Shown piece after piece: positions 8,363 to 17,700 of a stretch of 26,449 bases of DNA (position 1 is the first letter of the stretch; every line of letters starts with the position of its first letter). The notes beneath the pieces are model-generated. The model was not told the DNA's origin. It made no database searches and saw nothing but the letters and a program-made list of their open reading frames with translations. A program made the position numbers and the translations under genes. The DNA is taken from IMG/VR virus record IMGVR_UViG_3300035561_000032, positions 1 to 26,449 of that record. One strand, given 5' to 3'. The DNA is from a virus (lineage: Duplodnaviria; Caudoviricetes).

Positions 8363-8676
8363 GATACCCTCTTTTCCGCTTCCTCAACAGTCAGAGCTTT
8401 CAACAGAAGCAAATAATTAATGTGGTCAGTAATTTTTTCATCCCACATCTCTGAGGAATACGTCTGACCAGATCGACACATATCATAGATGCTGACAGTA
8501 TGCTTAGCCAACATACCTGCTAGAGCATTAATCGGCGTTGTCATTTGGAGCTCAGCCGCCACTTTGAAGTTGTGCAAACGATCCGTAGTAGCGTACTCTT
8601 TGGCTTTGGTGATAAGAATATCCGTGCACCGTTTCTGTTGGTTTTCGATGATAGCGTTAAATTGTTCGGTTTTCAT
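8341..8676 (-). CDS. Nmad1/DUF1599-like all-alpha (MazG-related) nucleotide-modification-associated protein
   Basis: KAKEYA..DRLHNF and DHINYLLLL motifs; start ATG 8676 after AGGAGG. Confidence 0.55.
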   Translation of the reverse strand: MKTEQFNAIIENQQKRCTDILITKAKEYATTDRLHNFKVAAELQMTTPINALAGMLAKHTVSIYDMCRSGQTYSSEMWDEKITDHINYLLLLKALTVEEAEKRVSCGDENC

Positions 8677-9097
8677 AAATGGCCTCCTTTTCTTCAGTAA
8701 CCACTTTTGCAATTCCGGAATTGATAATCATTTTTTCGCAGATCTTGCAGGGCCTAACCTGTTCCGCAGGTATCCGCTTCCCGTCTTCAAACCCAACCAA
8801 ATATAACGTGGACCCGATGATGTCTCGTCTGGATGCTGATATGATAGCATTCTGCTCAGCGTGTACAGCTAGACAAGCTTCGTATTGCTCGCCATGAGGA
8901 ATATTGTTTTCTTCCCTCCAACACTTGCCAATATCACAGCAGTTTGGAGAATTTCGAGGTGAACCGTTATAACCCGTAGCAATTATTTCGTCGTTTTTGA
9001 CCAGAATTGCACCGTATTGTCTGCGAAGACATGTACTGCGCTTAGATACGGATTCCGCAATTCCGAGGTAGTAATCAATTTTAGATATTCGCTTCAA
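8657..9097 (-). CDS. dCMP deaminase
   Basis: STCLRRQYGA, TGYNG, HAEQNA, PCKIC zinc motifs; TTG start after AGGAGG. Confidence 0.9.
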   Translation of the reverse strand: MKRISKIDYYLGIAESVSKRSTCLRRQYGAILVKNDEIIATGYNGSPRNSPNCCDIGKCWREENNIPHGEQYEACLAVHAEQNAIISASRRDIIGSTLYLVGFEDGKRIPAEQVRPCKICEKMIINSGIAKVVTEEKEAIYENRTI

Positions 9098-9804
9098 ATC
9101 ATTTCCTCCTTAAGCGTATTACATGTAATAATCTCACTATTCGGCAGCCCTTCAATCCACCGGCAGAATTCACGCCATTCATCAAGCTTATGACTTTTAC
9201 GGTGCGGATAGATGCCGGCCAGAACCTCGTAGTTCAACATAACAGTACGCTTCTGGTTATAGGAAGAGGGGAGAAGCTGAATCATCTGCCACCAGTAAAT
9301 CTTGTCTTTGGTTTCGAGGAATTTAGCCCTTGCGCTATTCAAACCGTTCAAAACTAAATCTGAAAAGCCACCAAACCATGTATTTTCACCCTCGTCCATC
9401 AAATGCTCATGAGAGAAGTCGTCTATGGTAAACTCCTTCGCATGGATTTTATGCATAGTAGAGCAGGAGTTAGCGACCGTACCCACCTTATAGGTATCAA
9501 ACTCTTTCCACCAATAAAGCGGCGCTGTAATGTCCACATACACGGCTATCATTCTACGGAACTTGGCATGAACGGAGCCACCCTTAACAAGCTTCATCAT
9601 TAGATCGTGGTCGTTCTTACCAATCTGGAAAGAGTGATTGTAGGTATGCTCGCAGTCACACGCCGCACAGTTGGAACAACCGATACCGTTGTCGCCACCT
9701 TTACAAATACCACTGTCTGATTTATCCCAGCTATTCATCGGGTTTCTCATCCCACGTATAGCTTGGTCAAAACCCATAACTTCTGTTTTTTCAATCAGAA
9801 TCAT
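9094..9804 (-). CDS. Divergent ThyX-fold (flavin-dependent thymidylate synthase-like) protein
   Basis: ThyX-like layout (H.KF..M, ITAPLYWWKEFDTYK..SCSTMH, LLPS, RKSHKLDEW) without canonical RHR..S..SxR. Start 9804 overlaps the upstream TAA. Confidence 0.55.
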   Translation of the reverse strand: MILIEKTEVMGFDQAIRGMRNPMNSWDKSDSGICKGGDNGIGCSNCAACDCEHTYNHSFQIGKNDHDLMMKLVKGGSVHAKFRRMIAVYVDITAPLYWWKEFDTYKVGTVANSCSTMHKIHAKEFTIDDFSHEHLMDEGENTWFGGFSDLVLNGLNSARAKFLETKDKIYWWQMIQLLPSSYNQKRTVMLNYEVLAGIYPHRKSHKLDEWREFCRWIEGLPNSEIITCNTLKEEMI

Positions 9805-10121
9805 TACTTTTCTCCTTTCAAATTCTCCACTAAATATTCTTTTATAATGTCCGCGTGGCATCTCTTTGGAGCACACCAGCAAAACAGATTTAGTTTGCCG
9901 TATTGAACCAATATATTTTTTAGGAATGAAAGCTCAGCTTGCATAGCAGAATCATAAAGTTCATCATAGAACCATTTTTTATACTGCTCGCAAACCTTAT
10001 CACGTTCAGATTCATTCCTCATCCTAAATCGATTTCCAAACCAAGAACTTCTATCTACTTTAACATCCCAAGGATTTGTTGGTTTTTCTGTTCTTAGGTT
10101 TTTTACGGTAATATCAATCAT
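9804..10121 (-). CDS. DUF4326-like protein
   Basis: VDRSSWFGNRF and LFCWCAPKRCHADII motifs. Confidence 0.75.
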   Translation of the reverse strand: MIDITVKNLRTEKPTNPWDVKVDRSSWFGNRFRMRNESERDKVCEQYKKWFYDELYDSAMQAELSFLKNILVQYGKLNLFCWCAPKRCHADIIKEYLVENLKGEK

Positions 10122-10629
10122 GATGTTCCTCCAACTTTGTTTTTATTTGGTTAAGTATGAACTCGACCGTTTTACGGGCATTTGGATGAAGCTTAATATA
10201 ATTTTTATGCTCTTCATACCATGTGAAAATCTCGTTCAAGTTTCCTTTAACCCAACTAAAAGCCCACCAGTCACAAATCATTTCAAGAATATAATTGTAT
10301 GGCATCTCTATGAGAATTTCGCCTTCTTCTGGATCATCATTAATTAGAATCCAATATTGCCAATGATGTGGGTTTCGATGAATGTGCAAAAGCCAAGCCT
10401 TTTTGAATTCTTGAACAACAGAAAACGATCTATTTCCGCCATAAAAATAAGCATCGTAAGCGTCATATTCATCTTGTTCTGTTTTTGAGTAGTCATGATT
10501 TAAACCCAGCTGCCATTCAAAATCAAAACCGTCCTTTATTAAATGCGGAAGATTATCCCGAATCCAATCAAACCCTTTTTTAACGTTTGACTTATGATTA
10601 ACCAAATATTGATCATATTGATAACTCAT
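10114..10629 (-). CDS. DUF5662-like HD-related metal-binding protein
   Basis: HDYSK, H..RNPHHWQYW, EMICDW motifs; start 10629 after AAAGGAG. Confidence 0.7.
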   Translation of the reverse strand: MSYQYDQYLVNHKSNVKKGFDWIRDNLPHLIKDGFDFEWQLGLNHDYSKTEQDEYDAYDAYFYGGNRSFSVVQEFKKAWLLHIHRNPHHWQYWILINDDPEEGEILIEMPYNYILEMICDWWAFSWVKGNLNEIFTWYEEHKNYIKLHPNARKTVEFILNQIKTKLEEHHD

Positions 10630-10640
10630 TTTTTCTCCTT

Positions 10641-10964
10641 TCAATACTCGCCAGGAAACAGAATCGTAGTTACGCTGCGATCCCATTCTGTAATAATCCA
10701 TATCTTGTCTTCTTTTGCTCCCCAGTCGCTAATTGCCTCCCAATGAGCATTAGGAGGAAACGGGTAGGATGCCAGAATACGTTCGTCTCCGGACTTCGCA
10801 GCGTGGTCATTCATCTTCTTATCGTCCTCTGATAAGTCGCCCCAATGATGACTTAGATAATTGTTAAGACAGGTTTTCACAAACATGGCAAACTCCTGGT
10901 TGTTTTCTTGAAGGTCGGCTACCGCTCTAGTAGCTACTAATTGACCCAAATCTTTGAATTTCAT
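10641..10964 (-). CDS. Phage/plasmid hypothetical protein
   Basis: WGDLSEDDKKMND and WIITEWDRSVTTILFPGEY, a motif pair common in mobile elements; start 10964. Confidence 0.75.
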   Translation of the reverse strand: MKFKDLGQLVATRAVADLQENNQEFAMFVKTCLNNYLSHHWGDLSEDDKKMNDHAAKSGDERILASYPFPPNAHWEAISDWGAKEDKIWIITEWDRSVTTILFPGEY

Positions 10965-10980
10965 TTCTTTTCCCCTTTCC

Positions 10981-11018
10981 AAATAAAAGAAAAAGAGCCT
11001 AAGTTTCCCTAGACTCTT
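10981..11018 (-). terminator. Intrinsic terminator
   Basis: AAGAGTCTAG-GGAAAC-TTAGGCTCTT followed by a T-rich tract. Confidence 0.75.
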
Positions 11019-11033
11019 CTATATGACTTCTGG

Positions 11034-11693
11034 TCACACAATTTGTACTGCTTTTCTTTCGTTGTATTCAGCCTCGTTTATTTCTTTCCAACCATCCTCG
11101 GACTCCTTGAAGAACCGATTAATCTCGATTTTCTCGCTGTTAGGCTTGATCGCATAAAACACGCCGACAGTGTCAAAGTCTCCGTTCTTCTTGTCAGTTA
11201 GAATATCCTCACAGTAAACCTTGATAGGTTCTTCGGGCATGTACGGCATAGATATCGGGAACATCTCATCAATAAGCTTCTGCACAAGGCCGCTGTGATA
11301 GGTGCTCTGGTTGTTGATGTCGATGCAGTAGAACGAGTCAATGTTCTTGTATTTTACACGCCCATTATCGTAGACATACTTAAACAAAGCGCTCATCCGT
11401 TTACATTGGAAGCAATTATAACCTTCTTCGTCGTTTCTGTCGATAATATCATTCCAAATATCGTCCGTGTCCTCGATAGGAGTCAGAGGCTTGCCGTCGA
11501 TAAGTCGGTTCAGAATATGTTTTGTTAGTCTGATACTGAACCTACTATGTCCGTCACCCATAAGACTCTTATAAGCCTTCAAAGCACTCTCATAGCAGGC
11601 ACAACCATAGTCAAACTCTCCGTCTTTTCTATCGGGATTCTCCCTTTCACAAGCGATCTGTATTTCTCTTTCTGCCCAAGTTTGCATACTCAT
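11034..11693 (-). CDS. Phage hypothetical protein
   Basis: Long ORF; start 11693 after TTGAAAGGAGG. Confidence 0.8.
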   Translation of the reverse strand: MSMQTWAEREIQIACERENPDRKDGEFDYGCACYESALKAYKSLMGDGHSRFSIRLTKHILNRLIDGKPLTPIEDTDDIWNDIIDRNDEEGYNCFQCKRMSALFKYVYDNGRVKYKNIDSFYCIDINNQSTYHSGLVQKLIDEMFPISMPYMPEEPIKVYCEDILTDKKNGDFDTVGVFYAIKPNSEKIEINRFFKESEDGWKEINEAEYNERKAVQIV

Positions 11694-11718
11694 AATTTTT
11701 CCTCCTTTCAAATATCCG

Positions 11719-11874
11719 TTATTTCTCCTCATAATTAACTGGCTTGTGGGAATACAAATTTACAGGGTAGTTGAGACATTCATGGCAAGGATCAGTCGCT
11801 TCGTCGAGGTCTACGTTTTTACAGAGTTTGCAATACTGATCGAAATACACTTCTTTATAGCTATTGACTTCCAT
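11719..11874 (-). CDS. 51-aa Cys-rich (CxxC..CxxC) protein (not in ORF track)
   Basis: MEVNSYKEVYFDQYCKLCKNVDLDEATDPCHECLNYPVNLYSHKPVNYEEK; RBS GAAAGGAGG. Confidence 0.7.
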   Translation of the reverse strand: MEVNSYKEVYFDQYCKLCKNVDLDEATDPCHECLNYPVNLYSHKPVNYEEK

Positions 11875-11888
11875 GTACATCCCTCCTT

Positions 11889-13115
11889 TCACCACTTAAC
11901 GTACTTAGTCTCGTTGAAGTTCTTCTTGTCTTTAAGAGCCTTGCTAATAGCCAGATCGATTCCGCTCCTAGTTTTCAAGTGGTAGTAATATAAATCTTTA
12001 AAGGACGTATTAAGTCTATCTGTTCTCCCGGCCGCTTGAGTCATAACTTTGTAGGAATAGTTCTGTGAGTAAAACACGATTGTATCAGTCTTGATGCAGT
12101 TCCATCCTTCACAACCAGCAGTATATTGGACGAGATATACCCAACTCTTACTATTCGGTATTGGTTGATGCTTGTGACCGTTCCATTCGGCGACTTCTAC
12201 ATCTTCGCCATAACCAAGATTTTTGAGTATATCCAACTCGTAATCAAAGTTATAAAATATGATCACTTTAGGATGCTTTTCAAAGATTTCTAAAACAGCC
12301 ACTTGCCTGGATTCATCAGAATTCACGATTTTACGCCAGACATAACAAAGCCCACCGGCGTTAACGATGGGTTCGTTTTTATATGGGTCCCAGCGAGTTC
12401 TAGTAGCATCCTTATACTTTTCTACACTATAAGAAACGTACACATCTTTGTGATGAGCTATTGTCTCTCGCTTGAAGTCCATCGTTACAAGAATAGATCG
12501 TCTTAAACGAATCAACCTACCGGTATTAAGATAACGGTCGACCTTTGGAAACTTACTGAACCGGCTGTATACGATATGTTCTCTTGTGAACTCCGTTCGA
12601 TTTTTGTAGAAGCCGTTCGCAATAAAGACCGGAATATAATCCTGCCAGGTGTCACCGGGAGTTGCGGACAACAGAATCCAATCGTTACTCTTCGTGATCT
12701 TAAGGAAGGACTTTACCCATGCTCCGCTTCCGATTACTCGCTGCTCATCAAATATGAAGAAAGCGTCTTTGACGTCGATATATTTTCCAATATTGTTCCA
12801 GCTATCGACAACCACCTTTTGACCATGGTAGATATTAATTTCCGGATGAATAGAAAGAAGGAAGGGCGAAAGCTCACCCTCCCATTCTAATGTATCTCTT
12901 TTTCTTGCAGTTGTGATGATATATAAGTCCTTAGGAGGATTATCCATCGGAATATGATTACCACCAGTCAAGCTGTTTGGATCTCCACCATTTTGGAGAT
13001 AGTAGTAGGATAAGGCGGTTAAACTTTTCCCCGAACCGACACCGCCACAAAGAACGCAGCCATTTTTCATCTGCTGGACAGCTTTTATCTGGTAATCAAA
13101 TAACTTAATGGACAT
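11889..13115 (-). CDS. Superfamily 2 (SNF2-like) DNA helicase
   Basis: GGVGSGKS Walker A, IFDEQ Walker B, LSATP, EGWN, QAAGRTDR motifs. Confidence 0.88.
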   Translation of the reverse strand: MSIKLFDYQIKAVQQMKNGCVLCGGVGSGKSLTALSYYYLQNGGDPNSLTGGNHIPMDNPPKDLYIITTARKRDTLEWEGELSPFLLSIHPEINIYHGQKVVVDSWNNIGKYIDVKDAFFIFDEQRVIGSGAWVKSFLKITKSNDWILLSATPGDTWQDYIPVFIANGFYKNRTEFTREHIVYSRFSKFPKVDRYLNTGRLIRLRRSILVTMDFKRETIAHHKDVYVSYSVEKYKDATRTRWDPYKNEPIVNAGGLCYVWRKIVNSDESRQVAVLEIFEKHPKVIIFYNFDYELDILKNLGYGEDVEVAEWNGHKHQPIPNSKSWVYLVQYTAGCEGWNCIKTDTIVFYSQNYSYKVMTQAAGRTDRLNTSFKDLYYYHLKTRSGIDLAISKALKDKKNFNETKYVKW

Positions 13116-13618
13116 CAATCAACCTCCTCAAAGCGATACCCGAGGTGTGATTTTACCTTTCCAAGTAAGCAAGCTGAAATAGCGCTCTTATGGCCGCCTA
13201 TATATTCAGCACACTCCGTAATACTTTGGAATATCTCTCCGGTTTCTAATATTCGTACTTTCTTTGATGGATGTGGTCGAGGAGGGAGTCTATATGGAAT
13301 AAACAAACCAGTTTTAATCGCGTGTCTTGTATTTTCCGAGTGTTTACACCACTCTAGATTACCTATAAAATTGTTTTCTTTATCTCCATCGATATGATTG
13401 ATTTCAAATTCTTCATAATCACAATCAAAAAAAGCAGCAGCTACAAGCCGATGAATATATCTGGGATGATGTTTAGATTTACTAAATAACTTAATCTGTT
13501 GATATCCATTTTTTGTGGTGTAAGATTTCATTATTGTATTTGTTTTTAAACTTCGAACACGCCCATAATTACTAACTTCGTAGTCATTAAAATCTTTAAC
13601 TGGTAGCCAAGTTTCCAT
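13115..13618 (-). CDS. NUMOD4-HNH homing endonuclease
   Basis: YEVSNYGRVRS (NUMOD4), HRLVA..NHIDGDKENN..NLEW (HNH), C-terminal NUMOD1-like HTH. Confidence 0.9.
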   Translation of the reverse strand: METWLPVKDFNDYEVSNYGRVRSLKTNTIMKSYTTKNGYQQIKLFSKSKHHPRYIHRLVAAAFFDCDYEEFEINHIDGDKENNFIGNLEWCKHSENTRHAIKTGLFIPYRLPPRPHPSKKVRILETGEIFQSITECAEYIGGHKSAISACLLGKVKSHLGYRFEEVD

Positions 13619-13636
13619 TATATATCCTCCTTTCGT

Positions 13637-13678
13637 AAAAATATAAAAAGCCCGAAAAGTCGTTAAACGATTCGGGCT
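13637..13678 (-). terminator. Intrinsic terminator after ssb
   Basis: AGCCCGAA...TTCGGGCT stem followed by TTTTATATTTTT. Confidence 0.7.
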
Positions 13679-13697
13679 CTTCTTTTAACGGATCTGT

Positions 13698-14180
13698 TTA
13701 AAATGGTTCTTCCTCAGGACCCTCTGCTTCTGTATATTTAGCTGCAAATTCATCCTCTTCGATGGTAACATACATGGTTTTTAAATAAGCCTTAATACCG
13801 GATTTATTATTTACAGTCCACGAATAGGGCCTGATGGTCAAATCTACATTGCGGATCTCAGCAAAATCCAACGTATCAATTGACTCGTTATCGAGAGGAG
13901 TCTGAGCTTTTCGTGTAACCATAATTACTTTTGGTGGAATGTTCATGAAGCTTACCGCAACCTGGAGATAATGTTTCACTTCATCGCCCTCATCACGAGG
14001 AGCTAGAATTCTCACATTCCAACCGTCCTCAGCCAACCTCTGAGCTTGTTCCGGGTCATCGATGATGACACAGAAGTTACGGTTACCAGCTCGATTATAC
14101 TTTGTCTCCTTACCTGAGAAGTTTCTGAAAATGATACGGGCATTTTCGATGATGATATTGTCTATGTTTTTATAAGACAT
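13698..14180 (-). CDS. ssb: Phage single-stranded DNA-binding protein (gp2.5/Enc34-like)
   Basis: NARIIFRNF beta-rich OB-like core, acidic tail ending EEEPF; lies between polymerase and helicase. Confidence 0.7.
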   Translation of the reverse strand: MSYKNIDNIIIENARIIFRNFSGKETKYNRAGNRNFCVIIDDPEQAQRLAEDGWNVRILAPRDEGDEVKHYLQVAVSFMNIPPKVIMVTRKAQTPLDNESIDTLDFAEIRNVDLTIRPYSWTVNNKSGIKAYLKTMYVTIEEDEFAAKYTEAEGPEEEPF

Positions 14181-14182
14181 AA

Positions 14183-14716
14183 TTATTCCCCTTTCGTATA
14201 ATTTTTTTGACATGGTGCTTTTGCTATTTGTCCATCTGCTTGTAATAAAACATGTTCACAAGGACATTTATCTCGCATATTACCTGAAACATGAATGGAT
14301 ATCTCTTTCAGATTCTCACCTCTACCTTTTGGAACAAATTTTAGAAGATTGATCTTGGTTCCTTCATTAACTTTAATCGGATTATCAAAACATTTAGAAG
14401 ATAAACAAATATTTGCTTCAACATTTATTCCATTGTTGAGAACACGAGCATTATATTTGATCTGCTCCAATGCATTCGTGTAAACCCACACGTTTTTTGT
14501 CCTACTTTGGCAGGCTTTAAGTATAAGATAAAAGTCGGGATGCGCTAATGGTTCACCACCTGATATATTTATTCTATCGCAATGACCCACATTATTTTTT
14601 TTCAAGAAGTCTAATATTGTCTTTAATGCCAAATGTTCACCTTTGGGGGTAGCATCTGTTGAACAATAATCGCAATTATTCGGACAATATTGGGTTATCT
14701 CAATAGTATACTCCAT
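14183..14716 (-). CDS. Minimal radical SAM protein
   Basis: [22 protein letters not shown] motifs; C-terminal CPC..ADG..PC remnant. Confidence 0.8.
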   Translation of the reverse strand: MEYTIEITQYCPNNCDYCSTDATPKGEHLALKTILDFLKKNNVGHCDRINISGGEPLAHPDFYLILKACQSRTKNVWVYTNALEQIKYNARVLNNGINVEANICLSSKCFDNPIKVNEGTKINLLKFVPKGRGENLKEISIHVSGNMRDKCPCEHVLLQADGQIAKAPCQKNYTKGE

Positions 14717-14743
14717 GTTTCTTTTTTCCTTTCATATTCTGTT

Positions 14744-17700
14744 CTAAAATGGCATACATTCATAACCAGCATCGCATATTAATTTTTCGTCAATTTCCCG
14801 AGTTTTTTCCCAATGCTTACATCCTTGACAATCGGTCTTACCGCACAACATGTCGTCCCAAGGAGGTTTTTCAGAAATATAAGGATCATCCGAAACAAAC
14901 CATTCGAAATCGCCAAACTTCGAAATAGATTCCACAGCTTCATCGACCATCTTGTCATAGTAAGACCTATCGACATCGGCCTCTTTTTCTAACTCGCTAA
15001 CCATTTCGGACTCCAACCACCTGTAGCCTTTGGAGCCGGTAGCGGCAGCGTAACCTTTTTCTCCGGTTTTTTTGTTGAGTGTTTCTCTGAGCAGAATTCC
15101 TCCACCACACCCATCCTTAATTGGACAGAATTGACCAACCTTTCCTATAAAACGATAGTTATGTTCATCTTTTGGCAAGGACTCATTCATATCCAAATAT
15201 AAGGCTGAGGTTACAGACTTGGTTTCACACATGTCCTCAAATATGATTTCTTCTTTACTGAAGAGTTTCTTGAACACATATGGAATCTGGAACTGAGTTC
15301 CGGTCGCAGTCCATTCGCCGGCGTGCTTACCGTCTTTATATTTCGCAATATAGACAGCATCATTGACCAGACACAGTCTGTCGTACGTAGCCTCGTGTTC
15401 AAAGGTATAGCCGTACTGCTTGCCGTAATCCGTAACAAACTGGATAATTTCCGGAGTGGCATCAGGAATCTTGATAGAGTCGGTCTTAACATGGGCAACA
15501 ATAAAGCCCCGTTTCTGCACCTCGTGTTTGAGGTTAATCATAAACAGAGCTCCACGTTTTGCTACTATATTGTCTTTGTTGCGATTATCACGGAAAGGAT
15601 TATCAAAGCTCGCCGATGTGAGACCGTATACGGAGTTGATTGCGATTTTTAGAGCCGTAGCCAAATCCGACGCCGCATTCTCATCAGTTAAGTATTTAGC
15701 CAATGCACCACCCAGCATTTTTCGGGCTTTGTCAAAGTCTTTATGTTTGATTGCCATACGAGCATCCAGAATATCCTTGAATCGCTGCGTGTATTCCTCT
15801 CCGAAAAGTTTCTCAGCGACAATGCTGCTCGGATGCATCGAAGCAATATCCAACAATGCGATATTGCCGTACATACCAGGCTCAGAATATACGTAACCAC
15901 CTTCGCCAACTTCTTCTCCGCGATAGGTTGACTTGCCATTTTCAAATTTATAGCCGGGAAATATCGGTTTATCCCCGTCAAATACAGTGAATTCCGGGTC
16001 GCAATCAAGCTCACCCCGATAAACCCAATCATGTTTCGGCATCGCGCCCATGTCACGGTAGTTAAACTGGTCTTGAGGTTTTCTGTTGCTACCAAATATG
16101 ATTTTAGTGGTCAAAGTGTTTGTGGTGTCATTGACCGTCATACCGGCGACATCAGCCAGGATTTGTCTTGCTAAAAAGTCAGACTTTCGAGCATTGAAGG
16201 TTGCCTCTGTTGCTATAACGTCGTTGTCGCAATACTCTGCGACCTTAGTCCAAAGCTCTTCAGGCACAGGCTGGTCCCATGGAAGTCCGAGCTCCTGATG
16301 ATGAATACCCAGCTCGATTTCGAATTTCTTGAGAGACTGTTTTTTGCTGGAGAAATCGTAGACGTCCGTATAAGAGACGTTATAGGCTTCTCCAAAGAAG
16401 CAATTCGGACTGCCATCAATAATCTTCTGAGACAGGTTGTAGAGCTGATCGTTTGTGTAACCCATTAATCTGGCATACAAAATATGGTTATCATACCGGC
16501 GACAATTAAAGCCGACCAACCTGAACCTCATAAGATCTTCAATTTCGGTCGGAGTAGGATTGATCATCCGTACAACGGGTTTCCCTTCGCCTTCAATTTT
16601 CCAGTTGACAAGGAAAAGATTAGGGAATACCTCAACATCATAGAATACGAGCTTTGCATCTTCGTTTCTACTTGCGGTGGATTGTTCTGCCGACTTAAAT
16701 TGCATCTTGTTTACAAGCTTGATACAATAGTCAGCCTGATGGGTGCTGCTTGCGGCAAACGCCAATACTGCGTTACGCATATCTGTTACGTCATAATTTA
16801 AATCGCTGGTATGTGCATCTTCCAATATTTTATAAATGAAATCGATACTGGGTTTAGTACCTGGATGTATCTCTTTGTTAAGATTTCGTTTGAGCAGCGT
16901 TCTAAGCCCTCTCTCGCTTTTTATGGCTTCAAAATTTACCATTTTATTTTCTCCTTTCAGGGGCAAACCAGAACTAATAGTCGAGATGGGTAAGTCGTTG
17001 CATTTCGACAATTTTCGTCTCAATGAACTTTTACCAGTGAACACCTTGATTTCTATGTAGTCATCATAAACTCGGCTCAGTTTCGAGACATCTCCAGTGT
17101 AAATATAATGTAGGTGTATCCCAGCACCACTCTTACTAAGCTCCGCATATGTAGGAGGCCATTTACTTGCTTCCTCGATGTTCTTTTCAAAGGATTTGTT
17201 ACCTTCTTCGTCTGGAATATCGAAATCAACGACAATATGATTTTCCGGCACTCTAACGTAGTGAACCTTAGACGTATTCAGTTCTGATAGTTTTGATGTC
17301 ACATCATCCCATTTATCAAATGGGGTTTCCTTCGATGTGGCGTACTGGGCAAAACAATTGGCACATTCCTTATCAAATATTGATTTCGTACTGGTGAATT
17401 CAATCAGAGGTGCCTTTACTTGTTCCTCCTTTTCATCGAGGTTACCTTCTTCAAATTTTTCCGTCCGAAATCCGCTGTAGTAACTACGAACCCTTGATCC
17501 ATCATCAAGGTTAAATCTATCCTTGTAATCCCGGAAATAATTCCTAAGCTCCTCCTTAAAGATTCTTTGTGAATATGGAAATGCTACTTTTGCCTCATCG
17601 CAGTAAGTTTTATACATCTCCCAAGCGGCTTTTAATGTTGTTCCATCTTCCTTCTTGAACACGTGATATGAGTCAATTACGAAGTTGTAGAAATCGTTAG

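Noticed and set aside
11728-11760. Extra promoter-motif copy (TAATTATGAG); similar at about 23150
   Set aside because: Lacks the CGCRAAA block at the fixed spacing, and the first lies inside a CDS.
13115-13618. HNH as part of an intron or intein
   Set aside because: Free-standing with its own RBS; the flanking ssb and helicase genes look complete.
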